Notes: generated from the letters alone by a model not told the origin. Shown: positions 42,436 through 55,680, counted from the stretch's first letter. The stretch is DNA of 64,000 nucleotides from Eledone cirrhosa (GCA_964016885.1 OZ024740.1:347510001-347574000); one strand, 5' to 3'. A program made the numbers and translations.

Positions 42436-43478
42436 GGGAAGAAGACGCACGAGGTGACGGAGGTCATGAAATCGCTCCCGTAAGTTTTGAATTTTTAACA
42501 TATTTAAACCATTTGTGAAATAACAACTCTTAGTACAAATGCTACGTAAAGCACCCGGCTTGAGCCCCAAAAAATTCGGACCCAAAATATATTGTTATAA
42601 GGCTCAAATATTCAAATATTCAACTTTGTATTGTACACTGTATATCCAAAAAAGAAAATGGCTATAAATGGAAGAAGAACCCCCCCCCCCCCTCCTCCTC
42701 TGTATACACTATATAGAACAGCCAAACTCACCAACACCAGAAACTAGATACACCACCCACCCTATCACCTGTGTACACTAAACCACCACCGATCACTACG
42801 GCCATCATTACAACCATTATCCCATCACCGCCGCCACCACCCCTTCACTCCTTCACTGCTGCCACCGCTACAGCACCATCGCTACAGTAATACGGTCACA
42901 TCACCGCCACCACTGCCTCGGTATCGACATCACCACCACCACTGTCTCAGTATCGCTACCGCCGCCAGTCTCCCACTTCTTCTTTTAGCTGGCTGCTGCC
43001 ACCACATTATAGAATCCCTACTGCTAAAAAAGAGGAAGGCATCAAAATATATAGATAGACTCAAAAGAAAAAAGAAAAAATAAACAACAAAAGCAGCACA
43101 GCAACAACAGTAAAAAACGAGAAAAACAGAGAAAAACAAAAACAAAAAAAGAAACCCCCAAAACGTAAAGAAAATAAGAATGAAGAGAGAGGCAGGCGGA
43201 CGGACAGAGAAGAGGGGGGAAAAAGTAAAACTTAAAAAACAAAAACTAAGTCAGACATTCGAATACTACATTACAATGAAACTTATGCTTATTCATTTTT
43301 GGGGCCCTTTCTGCCCGTGTGTTTGTTTGTTTATGTGTGTCCGTATACAGCGTGGTGATAATGCCACACAAGGGCCAAGTGGGATGGCGGATCCACAGAT
43401 GGCTATGTAAACATACATTCGCCAATCCTCGATAAGAGTGTTTAAATATCGAACATAAACAGTTCGAATAACGGTGAA

Positions 43479-46400
43479 ATGGAGACTAGAACGTCATGTG
43501 ACAGACTCTCACCCAACAGGTGCCCCCTGGCTCAGCAGCAGGAACCTGACTGTCAACGAAATACTGCTGATGTTGGAGGAAGAAGAAGAAGGAAAGGGGC
43601 CAGAACCAACTGGACGAAAGAATTGAATAGAACTGTTATGCAATGCTACCTGAAAAGTAACCCCAAGGAGAGGGGCTACAGGAGACGGATGCATAACATC
43701 TGGAACGAGATTGGTTTATTTAAATTAGATGAACAAAAATTGGCCGGGCAGGCTCGGGTAATAAGAACTAATGGGTGGATAAGCGAGCTGGAACTGGAGG
43801 AACTGAGCAGAGAGAATGGCTTGGAGATGGCGGGTGTAGTATGCCAGACAAGCGAGCCGGCGGGAAATGAAGGTGAGGAGGTCCTGAGAGCGGAGGAACC
43901 ACCCGAAGCAGACAATGATCTGAATACTGAGATAAATAATACCTGGAACAGAGATACGGCCACTGAGGAGATGAATGCTGACGGGCTAGGACAAGATTCG
44001 GTTGACATCCTAAATTTAGTGGTAGATGAGTTGAACAATGATAGTGGGAGACCTATGAACCTAAGATTTGTAGACAGGAAAAAGTTAAAAGAAACAACAG
44101 CTAAGGTAAACAAAGTCATCCCATACCTTGAGGCGAGGAGTCTTCACCAGTGCAACAATATCCTCAAAGCAACAGCAAATACGGTGAGGAAACTACTTGG
44201 TATAAAAGCGAGAGGAAACAACAGACAAGAAAGAGCAGAGCCGTGGTGGAAGAAGCGACTGAGTGGGCAAATCGGGGAAATGAGAAATGACATAGGAAAG
44301 CTTGAGTCACTACTGAATGGGACACTAAAAAACATAGGCACTAAAAATAGACTGGAAATAAAATACAAAACTAGGAGTAAAAAGCTAAATATTATCATAG
44401 AGGAATTGAAGCAACGCATTGTAGCAAAGAGTGCCAAAATCAGGCGATACGAGAACAGAGTCAGTCAGTATAAACAGAACCGCATGTTCGACAACAACCA
44501 GAAGATGCTGTTTGGACAGCTTGAGGGGAAAGAAAGAGGCACCGACTTGATCCCTGGGGCGGAACAAGCTAAAACATTCTGGAGAGGAATATGGGAGCAG
44601 GATGTTAGACACAATGCCCAGGCAGGGTGGATTGAGACAGTACAGAGGGAGATCGGTGAGCAGGCACAGCAACAGACTGATTTGAGTATCACAGTTGAAA
44701 CTCTTAAGGGGCAAGCCAAAAAACTAACCAACTGGAAATCACCAGGCCCAGATGGTGTGCAGGGGTATTGGATTAAACATTTAACATCCCTCCACCCGAA
44801 GCTGACGGCCATGTTCAATGACTGCTTGGTGTCGGGTGAGGTGCCAGAGTGGTTGACAAAAGGTACCACAGTTCTGATAATGAAAGACCGAATCAAGGGT
44901 AATGATGTTACCAACTATAGACCTATCACATGTCTGCCCGTAATGTGGAAACTGTTGACGAGCATTGTGTCTGAGGAAATCTACCATCACCTCCACACAA
45001 ACAACTTGTTGCCGGACGAACAGAAAGGATGCCGAAAGAAGTCACGTGGTACAAAGGACCAGTTGCTTATTGATAAGATGGTAATGGGGAATTGCAGGAG
45101 GAGACACACTGATCTTGCCATGGGATGGATAGACTACAGAAAGGCATTTGACATGGTGCCTCATTCCTGGATCACCAAAAGCCTGGAGATCTTCAGGGTG
45201 GCAGATAACATCAGAGAGTTGCTGGGCAGGAGTATGGGGTCCTGGGAGACAGAGTTGACATCAACTGGAGTATCCTTGGGAAGCGTGAAGATCAAGAGAG
45301 GTATCTTCCAGGGAGATAGCCTGTCCCCTCTGTTGTTTGTCCTTGCCCTGATGCCCTTGACCATTATGCTGCGAAAAGTGAGAGCAGGATACAAGTTGGG
45401 AAGGGGAGAGCTTACCATCAATCACCTCCTCTTCATGGACGATCTTAAGCTCTTCGGGAAAAGTGAGAAGGAGTTGGATGTGCTTGTTGACACTGTCCGT
45501 ATTTTCAGCAGTGATATATGTATGCAGTTTGGTATTGGTAAATGTGGAGTCATTGTGATGAGGAGGGGTAGGTTGAGCAGAAGTAACGGGATCCAGATAC
45601 CAACAGGTGAGATGATAAAGGAAATTGACTCTGAGGAAGGATACAAGTATTTGGGCGTTCTGGAGGCTGATGGCATAAAGAACAAAAAAATGAAGGAATT
45701 GTTAAGAACTGAATACATTCGGAGAGTAAGGAGCGTATTGAAGTCACATCTGAACAGCAGAAATGCCATAAGCGCAGTAAATTCCCGAGCTGTGTCTATT
45801 ATTAGGTACAGTGCGGGAATTCTGAGATGGAATGTTGCTGAACAAAAAGAAATGGATAGGAAGACTAGGAAGCTATTGACTATCTACAACATGTTCCACA
45901 AGAGGAGTGATGTCGATAGACTCTACCTAAGGAGATCTGAGGGTGGAAGAGGTCTTATCAGCATAGAGGACTGTGTTCAGATGGAGAAAAACAACCTATA
46001 CAAATACGTGACCTATAGTAAGGAGCCAATGCTCAGAGCTGTACTGAAGGAGGGGAGAGTAGGCCAGGGGATACCCAAGGAGGAAATAACATCAAGGAGG
46101 AAGAGCAGCCTTAAGGGAAAATCCCTTCATAGTACCTTCTTTGAGAAAACTGAATTTAGAGATCCACAGACATGGAACTGGTTGAGAAGAGGAGACCTCA
46201 AAAAGGCTACAGAAGGAATGCTAATGGCTGCGCAGGAGCAGGCCCTCAAAACGAAGTGGTTGAAGCACCATATCTACAAGGAGGAGGCTAGCCCACTGTG
46301 CAGGATCTGTGGAGAGAGAGAGGAGACTGTGGCTCACATTGTGTCCGAGTGTAAACACCTAGCCCAGACCCACTATAAGGGCTGGAGACACGATGTGATG

Positions 46401-46871
46401 GGCAGGGTGATCCACTGGCACCTGTGCAAAGTAAACAATCTACCACATTCTGAGAAATGGTATGAGCATAGGCCAGAGGCGGTGATGGAGAACAGTCAGG
46501 TGAAGGTGCTGTGGGATTTTAGGATACAGACGGACAAAAAACTGGAACACAATAGACCTGACCTGGTGGTTGTGGACAAAGAAAAAAGATCGTGCCTGAT
46601 TGTGGATGTGGCCTGCCCGTTCGACACGAGAGTGCAAGAGAAGGAGAGGGAGAAAATTAACCGATACCAGGACCTAAAGTGGGAGGTGAAAAGGATTTGG
46701 AACTGCCATGAAGTCAAAGTGATCCCGATTGTCATAGGCGCACTGGGGACTATCTCCAAAGGTTTCCAGGGATGGTTAAAGAAAATCGGCCCCTTCACGC
46801 TTTTTGGAACGCTTCAAAAGGCATGCTTGCTTGGAACGGCAAGAACCCTCCGATACGTCCTGAATATCTGA
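43479..46871 (+). CDS. Intact R4/Dong-clade non-LTR retrotransposon protein (N-terminal domain, RT, CCHC, RLE), 1130 aa
   Basis: WKSPGPDG, NYRPITCL, EQKGCR, WIDYRKAFD, GIFQGDSLSP, FMDDLKL, GGRGL, CRICG..ET..HIVSEC, RHD, RPDLVV..D...IVDVACP, K..RY, IGALG. (TAA/CAA)n tail 46946-46990. Confidence 0.95.
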   Translation: METRTSCDRLSPNRCPLAQQQEPDCQRNTADVGGRRRRKGARTNWTKELNRTVMQCYLKSNPKERGYRRRMHNIWNEIGLFKLDEQKLAGQARVIRTNGWISELELEELSRENGLEMAGVVCQTSEPAGNEGEEVLRAEEPPEADNDLNTEINNTWNRDTATEEMNADGLGQDSVDILNLVVDELNNDSGRPMNLRFVDRKKLKETTAKVNKVIPYLEARSLHQCNNILKATANTVRKLLGIKARGNNRQERAEPWWKKRLSGQIGEMRNDIGKLESLLNGTLKNIGTKNRLEIKYKTRSKKLNIIIEELKQRIVAKSAKIRRYENRVSQYKQNRMFDNNQKMLFGQLEGKERGTDLIPGAEQAKTFWRGIWEQDVRHNAQAGWIETVQREIGEQAQQQTDLSITVETLKGQAKKLTNWKSPGPDGVQGYWIKHLTSLHPKLTAMFNDCLVSGEVPEWLTKGTTVLIMKDRIKGNDVTNYRPITCLPVMWKLLTSIVSEEIYHHLHTNNLLPDEQKGCRKKSRGTKDQLLIDKMVMGNCRRRHTDLAMGWIDYRKAFDMVPHSWITKSLEIFRVADNIRELLGRSMGSWETELTSTGVSLGSVKIKRGIFQGDSLSPLLFVLALMPLTIMLRKVRAGYKLGRGELTINHLLFMDDLKLFGKSEKELDVLVDTVRIFSSDICMQFGIGKCGVIVMRRGRLSRSNGIQIPTGEMIKEIDSEEGYKYLGVLEADGIKNKKMKELLRTEYIRRVRSVLKSHLNSRNAISAVNSRAVSIIRYSAGILRWNVAEQKEMDRKTRKLLTIYNMFHKRSDVDRLYLRRSEGGRGLISIEDCVQMEKNNLYKYVTYSKEPMLRAVLKEGRVGQGIPKEEITSRRKSSLKGKSLHSTFFEKTEFRDPQTWNWLRRGDLKKATEGMLMAAQEQALKTKWLKHHIYKEEASPLCRICGEREETVAHIVSECKHLAQTHYKGWRHDVMGRVIHWHLCKVNNLPHSEKWYEHRPEAVMENSQVKVLWDFRIQTDKKLEHNRPDLVVVDKEKRSCLIVDVACPFDTRVQEKEREKINRYQDLKWEVKRIWNCHEVKVIPIVIGALGTISKGFQGWLKKIGPFTLFGTLQKACLLGTARTLRYVLNI

Positions 46872-46990
46872 GGCTGCAGGTAGTGGCTTGATATTCAATC
46901 CAACGGACTTTCCAGTTAACCAACATCAATGACTGAGATTCAAGGAATAACAATAACAATAATAATAATAATAATAATAATTATAATAAT

Positions 46991-47900
46991 AGGAAATAAC
47001 ATCAAGGAGGAAGAGCAGCCTTAAGGGAAAATCCCTTCATAGTACCTTCTTTGAGAAAACTGAATTTAGAGATCCACAGACATGGAACTGGTTGAGAAGA
47101 GGAGACCTCAAAAAGGCTACAGAAGGAATGCTAATGGCTGCGCAGGAGCAGGCCCTCAAAACGAAGTGGTTGAAGCACCATATTTACAAGGAGGAGGCTA
47201 GCCCACTGTGCAGGATCTGTGGAGAGAGAGAGGAGACTGTGGCTCACATTGTGTCCGAGTGTAAACACCTAGCCCAGACCCACTATAAGGGCTGGAGACA
47301 CGATGTGATGGGCAGGGTGATCCACTGGCACCTGTGCAAAGTAAACAATTTACCACATTCTGAGAAATGGTATGAGCATAGGCCAGAGGCGGTGATGGAG
47401 AACAATCAGGTGAAAGTGTTGTGGGATTTTAGGATACAGACGGACAAAAAACTGGAACACAATAGACCTGACCTGGTGGTTGTGGATAAAGAAAAAAGAT
47501 CGTGTCTGATTGTGGATGTGGCCTGCCCGTTCGACACGAGAGTGCAAGAGAAGGAGAGGGAGAAAATTAACCGATACCAGGACCTAAAGTGGGAGGTGAA
47601 AAGGATTTGGAACTGCCATGAAGTCAAAGTGATCCCGATTGTCATAGGCGCACTGTGGACTATCTCCAAAAGTTTCCAGGGATGGTTAAAGAAAATCGGC
47701 CCCTTCACGCTTTTTGGAACGCTTCAAAAGGCATGCTTGCTTGGAGCAGCAAGAAGCCTCCGATACGTCCTGAATATCTGAGGCTGCAGGTAGTGGCTTG
47801 ATATTCAATCCAACGGACTTTCCAGTTAACCAACATCAATGACTGAGATTCAAGGAATGACAACAATAATAATAATAATAATAGTGATAATAATAATAAA
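46991..47900 (+). mobile_element. 5'-truncated sibling copy of the Dong element inserted in the tail of the first
   Basis: 46991-47855 repeats 46081-46945 with roughly a dozen substitutions; has its own (TAA)n tail. Confidence 0.95.
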
Positions 47901-47925
47901 AAGAAAAAGGGGAAGAAAAATTAAT

Positions 47926-48365
47926 TTTCATGTACTTGTTCATTCAGAGAAGAGAGTTCATTACTCTGTCGATCCTTCTCTGCTTATAACTTTGTTGTGA
48001 CTGGTAGTAGTAGAGGGTAGAAGAAGGAGGGGAGACGAGAAGAAGGAGAGGTGGAGGAGGCAAGGGTTAGTTGTGTTGGCAGACTGGTGTGAGAGACCTT
48101 TCAGGAGTTTCTGCTGAAGATAGAATGGGCATTCCAGTGGCAAAATTGTCTCCATTCCCCTAAATCTGAAATTTCTGCTAGGGATGGAATGAGTATTTCA
48201 ATAACACTGAATCTTCTTTATGGCAAATAAACAAGGTCAATGTTGATGAATTCTTCCAACTAAAAATCCTTCTTTTACCCTCTCCTACTACCAGTTACAA
48301 TCAAGCTATCAGCAGAAAAGGATGGAAAGAGAAATGAACTCTCTTCTCTGAATGAACATGAATGT
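47926..48365. repeat. Diverged ~100-bp inverted repeat pair (MITE-like or pLTR fold-back)
   Basis: GTTCATTCAGAGAAGAGAGTTCATT...CTGGTAGTAG vs CTACTACCAG...AATGAACTCTCTTCTCTGAATGAAC. Confidence 0.7.
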
Positions 48366-48387
48366 TTTTATTTTTATTATTATTATT

Positions 48388-49721
48388 ATCACCCAGAAAT
48401 GGGCAGAGAGGAAGCTATCCCTGAAAGGTCGAGCGGAGGTGGCGAATATGTACATCGCATCCGTCATCTTCTACCGCCTGACCGTCGTGCCTTGTCCTAA
48501 TCCTCGCCAGACTGCACTGAAGCGTTTGCTCTTTCGCTTTTTGTGGAAGGGACGCGCTCCGATGTTCAAGCGGTCCATCTGCTGTCAACACCCGCTACGT
48601 GAAGGGCTGGGCCTGTCGTGGCTGATGATGCGCAGACACGCGCTCAGGCTACAAAATCTCCACCTCTTCCTCGACGGTGATCAGGTGTGGTCGCCGTTTG
48701 CTAGACGCGTATTTCCCCAGCTCGTCTCCTTTACGGAGCTGCAGTCCTGGGTCAAGCGAAGACCGAGAGGGAGCGCTTGGAGACTGGAATGTCTTCAGGC
48801 GCTCACAGCCCTCGACCAGTCGGGCAATGTGATCGGTGGAAACTCCACCTTGGCGTTCTATAGAGGAATAGTGGAGGGGAAGAGCGACGACATACTTGGG
48901 GAAACTCTAGGCGTCGACGAAAATTAACTTGCCAATCCCTTCGGAAGAACTTTCGGGCCGGGGCCTATCGACAATTTCCAGAAATCCCTGGCCTGGCAGT
49001 GCTACTGAGGAGCTTTGCCAGTTCGGGATAAACTCTACATGCATGGAAGTGCCGTCAGCCGGGCATGTCCGAGATGCGCGCAGGGCGACGAAACCGTCTT
49101 GCATGCACTCGTCCAGTGTCCGAGCATTGCTGACTTGTGGGTTTATGTCAAACACCTACTGTCGCGTGTAGAACGGATCCGGCTATCAGCTGAGTCCATC
49201 GTAAGGATTGCCCCGCCCTCTTCCTTTAGCCGGGAAGGGGAGGCAGTTTTTATCTGTCTGGTGGCCATGGCGAAAGAGATAGTATGGTGGACGCGTCTGA
49301 AAGGGCTGAAGACGAGCGCTTACCTCTTCGGTGATGCCCTGATTAACTTTTTCAAATTTCATTTGAAAAGAAAAATCAGGGTAGAGAGGGAAGTGCTCTC
49401 TTCCCAGCTTTTTGTTGAAAGATGGGTGAGAGGCAAGAATGGCCCGAGTGAATGGGCCTACTCTGAGTATGTGCCTGTAAATTGAAGGTGGAAAACTTGC
49501 CCTGCTGACCAGGGTCACCGTGTCTTTTTTAATGGGCTTTCTCCACGATGGCCCTCGGAAGTCAACCCCTTATTGGGGAATTTTTCATTGTTCTTTTTTT
49601 TGTTACATCCTCTGTTTTTGTTTTTTTACACGCAGAAATGCCCATTCGTACCGTCCTGTATTGTCCTGTACTGTCCTTAATGTCTCACTTTGTGTAAACC
49701 CTTGTGGTTAATAAAGAAAGC
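48388..49721 (+). pseudogene. 3' fragment of an L1/Tx1-clade LINE (post-RT region + CCHC zinc finger), two in-frame stops
   Basis: W..RKLSLKGR, LFRFLWKG, EGLGL, LPVRDKL...CPRC...ETVLHALVQC. AATAAA at 49710; flanked by (ATT)n. Confidence 0.9.
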
Positions 49722-49754
49722 ATTATTATTATTATTGTCACTATTTGTACAAAT

Positions 49755-52101
49755 ATGCAACTTAACACTATTCTGCATATCCGCAATTGACATGCAACTT
49801 AACACTATTCTGCATATCCGCAATTGACATGCAACTTAACACTATTCTGCATATCCGCAATTGACATGCAACTTAACACTATTCTGCATATCCGCAATTG
49901 ACATGCAACTTAACACTATTCTGCATATCCGCAATTGACATGAAACTTAACACTATTCTGCATATCCGCAATTGACATGCAACTTAACACTATTCTGCAT
50001 ATCCGCTATTGACATGCAACTTAACACTATTCTGCATATCCGCAATTGACATGCAACATAACACTATTCTGCATATCCGCAATTGACATGCAACTTAACA
50101 CTATTCTGCATATCCGCAATTGACATGCAACATAACACTATTCTGCATATCCGCTATTGACATGCAACTTATCACTATTCTGCATATCCGCAATTGACAT
50201 GCAACTTAACACTATTCTGCATATCCGCAATTGACATGCAACTTAACACTATTCTGCATATCCGCAATTGACATGCAACTTAACACTATTCTGCATATCC
50301 GCAATTGACATGCAACTTAAAACTATTCTGCATATCCGCAATTGACATGCAACTTAACACTATTCTGCATATCCGCAATTGACATGCAACATAACACTAT
50401 TCTGCATATCCGCAATTGACATGCAACTTAACACTATTCTGCATATCCGCAATTGACATGCAACTTAACACTATTCTGCATATCCGCAATTGACATGCAA
50501 CTTAACACTGTTCTGCATATCCGCAATTGACACGCAACTTAACACTGTTCTGCATATCCGCAATTGACATGCAACTTAACACTATTCTGCATATCCGCAA
50601 TTGACATGCAACTTAACACTATTCTGCATATCCGCAATTGACATGCAACTTAACACTATTCTGCATATCCGCAATTGACATGCAACTTAACACTATTCTG
50701 CATATCCGCAATTGACATGCAACATAACACTATTCTGCATATCCGCAATTGACATGCAACTTAACACTATTCTGCATATCCGCAATTGACATGCAACTTA
50801 ACACTATTCTGCATATCCGCAATTGACATGCAACTTAACACTATTCTGCATATCCGCAATTGACATGCAACATAACACTATTCTGCATATCCGCAATTGA
50901 CATGCAACTTAACACTATTCTGCATATCCGCAATTGACATGCAACTTAACACTATTCTGCATATCCGCAATTGACATGCAACTTAACACTATTCTGCATA
51001 TCCGCAATTGACATGCAACTTAACACTATTCTGCATATCCGCAATTGACATGCAACTTAACACTATTCTGCATATCCGCAATTGACATGCAACTTAACAC
51101 TATTCTGCATATCCGCAATTGACATGCAACTTAACACTATTCTGCATATCCGCAATTGACATGCAACTTAACACTATTCTGCATATCCGCAATTGTCATG
51201 CAACTTAACACTATTCTGCATATCCGCAATTGACATGCAACTTAACACTATTCTGCATATCCGCTATTGACATGCAACTTAACACTATTCTGCATATCCG
51301 CAATTGACATGCAACTTAACACTATTCTGCATATCCGCAATTGACATGCAACTTAACACTATTCTGCATATCCGCAATTGACATGCAACATAACACTATT
51401 CTGCATATCCGCTATTGACATGCAACTTAACACTATTCTGCATATCCGCAATTGACATGCAACTTAACACTATTCTGCATATCCGCAATTGACATGCAAC
51501 TTAACACTATTCTGCATATCCGCAATTGACATGCAACTTAACACTATTCTGCATATCCGCAATTGACATGTTACATAACACTATTCTGCATATCCGCAAT
51601 TGACATGCAACTTAACACTATTCTGCATATCCGCAATTGACATGCAACTTAACACTATTCTGCATATCCGCAATTGACATGCAACTTAACACTATTCTGC
51701 ACATCCGCAATTGACATGCAACTTAACACTATTCTACATATCCGCAATTGACATGCAACTTAACACTATTCTGCATATCCGCAATTGACATGCAACTTAA
51801 CACTATTCTGCATATCCGCAATTGACATGCAACATAACACTATTCTGCATATCCGCTATTGACATGCAACTTAACACTATTCTGCATATCCGCAATTGAC
51901 ATGCAACTTAACACTATTCTGCATATCCGCAATTGACATGCAACTTAACACTATTCTGCATATCCGCAATTGACATGCAACTTAACACTATTCTGAATAT
52001 CCGCAATTGACATGCAACATAACACTATTCTGCATATCCGCAATTGACATGCAACTTAACACTATTCTGAATATCCGCAATTGACATGCAACATAACACT
52101 A
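49755..52101. repeat. 37-bp satellite, ~63 copies
   Basis: Unit ATGCAACTTAACACTATTCTGCATATCCGCAATTGAC; no spacers. Confidence 0.97.
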
Positions 52102-52299
52102 ACGCCTGAGCTCTTGCCGTTTAAGACTGAACTGGAATTAGGTGTTGAAACGGCAAGAGCTCCCCCGTTGGGTCCCGACACTTTACAATGTAATCATAAA
52201 CTACTACACTAAGTACCGAGTAATCTGTTAAGTAATGGTCTAACCAGTTTCATATTGGATCCAACCTGATATCTATCTATCTATCTATATATCTATCTA

Positions 52300-52419
<120 letters not shown>

Positions 52420-52756
52420 GGTGTCTTACGGTATTCGTGGGGTTTACGTTCTTGGAGCACCCAGAAAGAATGAAAAACACCGAATATTGGACGCGGTCCA
52501 TAAAATGCCTATAAACATCACAATATAACGTATAATTAAAAAGAATGTGGTGGCGTCTTATGCAAAGGGGCGGCCAATAGACCGGTATATTGTTATTAAT
52601 AATTGAGCGGTAATATATATATATATTGCCACGAAAATAAACATTAAAAAATTGCGGAGGATATTTATGGCTCCACGAAAAACCGGGACCGCGATTGCCA
52701 GATGTACGCAGTATATATATATGTATATATTATATACACACACACACACACATATA

Positions 52757-52814
<58 letters not shown>

Positions 52815-54564
52815 TACTTTGATTATTTTACTATCTAACTATCATGAAATAGTAAATTAATAGTTACTTTTATATTTTTCAAAAATATTTATTTTGTATG
52901 TGTGTGAGTGTTTGTGGTCGCTTGTGTGTGACCATGGGCATGTAATCATGTTACCGTTTGTTGCTTTTTTTTATTACAGTGGCAGAACACCGACGAATGT
53001 AGTAAAGAAACATGATGGTCGTTGCTAGATGTAAGGCCTGCCAATATCTGTGAACACTTTCGAAGTTGAGATATATAAATAAAAAGAATGATTAAATAAA
53101 CTGCTTTTGTTCTTTCTAAATCTAAGTAAAATTTATCTATTTGCAAATTGCGTTTAAAATATCATAAAGAAATGCGTTAAAGGACAAATAAAAAGGAAGA
53201 TAGAAATATGGGATGGGAAAGCTCTACGTTCTTGGACAAGTTGACAAAAGCGTTGCTTTGGAGAAAATTTAAGAGAACCAACTTCATCAGCTATTTCACC
53301 TCAGGAGGCTCCTTACTCAGTTATGGTGCACTCGTTCCAATATTGCGGAGAAAACAACTGTCCGGGAACATCAAAGAGATCAATGGCGGCTTGCACAAAA
53401 ATGAAATGGTCAGTTAATGCCTAATATTTATTGAGCCCCCCCCCCCCCGCGTCTTTGTTGTGAACTCTAAATTTGGGGCCGAAGTGATTAGAGTTGCATT
53501 GAAGAGATGGGACATTCTAGGTGAGAGATTTACCTCCCTGAAACGGGAAAATGGTAGTCTCATTAAGCCAACAAGACACACGGTAACTCGGATATGAGTT
53601 TACTCAACGGGAAATATGTGAAGTAAACTGGAAAGTGGTATCTGAGATATTCAGAGTATTCTGACAAGAGAAATACAGCAAAGTTAAAGTAAAATTCAGG
53701 TTCCATAATAGGAGACATTATAACACCAAATAAAGACAGCGTCGTATTATAACAAGGAATAGATGTAACAAAACAAAAAAAAGAATCAGTGGGGTTAATT
53801 GAAATTACGAATCCTTTTGTGTCGTTGATGATAGAATGTGTACATAATCAGGCAACATACAGACATACACGATGGCTGCAAACTCTGCTAAGAGTATTGC
53901 AATCGCATGTCAGATTACAGAGTTCATTGCACTTTTAGGCTACGGCCAGCCATACGAGCCCGTAACAGATCCTCAACAAGTCAAGCCTGTGCTTTGAAGG
54001 TTTTTTTAAAGTAAGTAAAGGCTTTCACTCGACCAATCCCACTCTCTGAGCATCGAAAAAACTACCCGAAAAGGAGAACTGGTCAACATCATCAGTTGCT
54101 TCCGAAGCTGCAGATTTTTTTCAGAGTTTCCCTCTCTTAAAAAGGTGTTGTGACAACAACTGGGGATGTTACACTCCCACGAGAAAAAAAAGTACTAGTT
54201 GGATGGCCGTTGACACCAAATATCCTCCTGCTCATCAAATAAGCTTGGTGAGGTTGCCGTATTAGTCGCCGACGTCCCAACCATGAGACAGGTAGTACTG
54301 GGTTACATGTTACTAGTAGCACTCGAGAGAGACCTGATATACATACACACACTCACACACACACACACACACACACACATACAATGGGAGATTAATTCTG
54401 GTATAAATTTGATACTTGAAAAGAGAAAAGAACATGACAATATTAAACAAAAACCAAAGAAAGAAACTCTGCTAACGAGGATATCGTTGGAGACGTCTAC
54501 GACCAATTAAAAACCCTATATTTTGTGTAAACAAGAACAAAACAACTACCCTCCACATCAACAA

Positions 54565-54640
<76 letters not shown>

Positions 54641-54959
54641 AGAGAGAGAGAGAGAAATAAAATAGAAATGTAACACTTAGGATGTCACAGATGTGACGAA
54701 AGAACTCTGAGAGACTATATTTATATCGATATTTACTCAGTTAATGATAAACATTGATTGCTAGCTGAATTAACCATAGAGATATTAAATATACTGAAAC
54801 GAAACCCAGCCCAAACCAAACAGTAAGTGTGTTTCAATATATATTTCTTGCAATATTATAACAACATCACCCTCCCCAAATATAACAATATTTGTTTCAA
54901 TATTTGTTTCAACGATTTCATATCAAAAACCTTGCAAAACAAATTCATCGCCGATATTT

Positions 54960-55360
54960 GGAGAGAGTGCAAGTAAAACTCTTCAATACAAGTTGATCAC
55001 CCTGACAGAAGAATTGAGAGTTGCCAGCGAGAAACTCCGATATCAGAACAGAGGTATTGGAAGGAAATCAGTCTATAGATCTGAGATGCAAATCAATAAA
55101 TCTCAACGAGACATCGTACCAAGAAAATAGATTCATTCTAGAGGAAATATGGGGTGAGAAAAATAATGTCAACCAAGATGCAATGTGGTTAAAAGATATC
55201 CGAACGAACTATTAGCCCTGGATTATACCAAACATTTACAGCATCATGATACACTTGGGTCTGTGTCTGAAAATCTTCAAGATAACAAAGCACCTGGAAG
55301 AGATTTGCTTGTCGGCTATTGGTACGAAATGTGACTTTCTATCGGGTGTATCTTATCAAC
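54960..55360 (+). pseudogene. Degenerate R4/Dong-like fragment
   Basis: EIWGEKNNVNQDAMWLKDIR and NKAPGRDLLVGYWY align by eye with GIWEQDVRHNAQAGWIE and WKSPGPDGVQGYWI of the 43479 ORF. Confidence 0.6.
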
Positions 55361-55680
55361 CTCTACCAATAAACTATCTATGTTTGATATTTGCAGTGAT
55401 GAGATTGATTCCCCAAAATAAAAATACCGACTTAGCAACTCGACTCGTGACCACATACATTGTGAAGAAATTATAATAAGGATATAGGCAGGCCAAAGGG
55501 ATTGCTAGAAATAGCAGCTCGTTTGGTCTAAAATAAAGCAGTTGTACTAAAATATAATGCTAGTAGCAGAAGTACTTAAGATTTTGATTAATAAACATGG
55601 ACGTTTTTTACACTTGAATTAGTGTATATATATATATGTGTGTGAGTGTGTATGTGTGCATATATATATGTGTGTGTACG

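Noticed and set aside
49755-52101. CRISPR array (37-bp repeats)
   Set aside because: Repeats are contiguous with no unique spacers, there are no cas genes, and the context is eukaryotic.
53200-54330. Possible decayed LINE
   Set aside because: No diagnostic motif could be read confidently.
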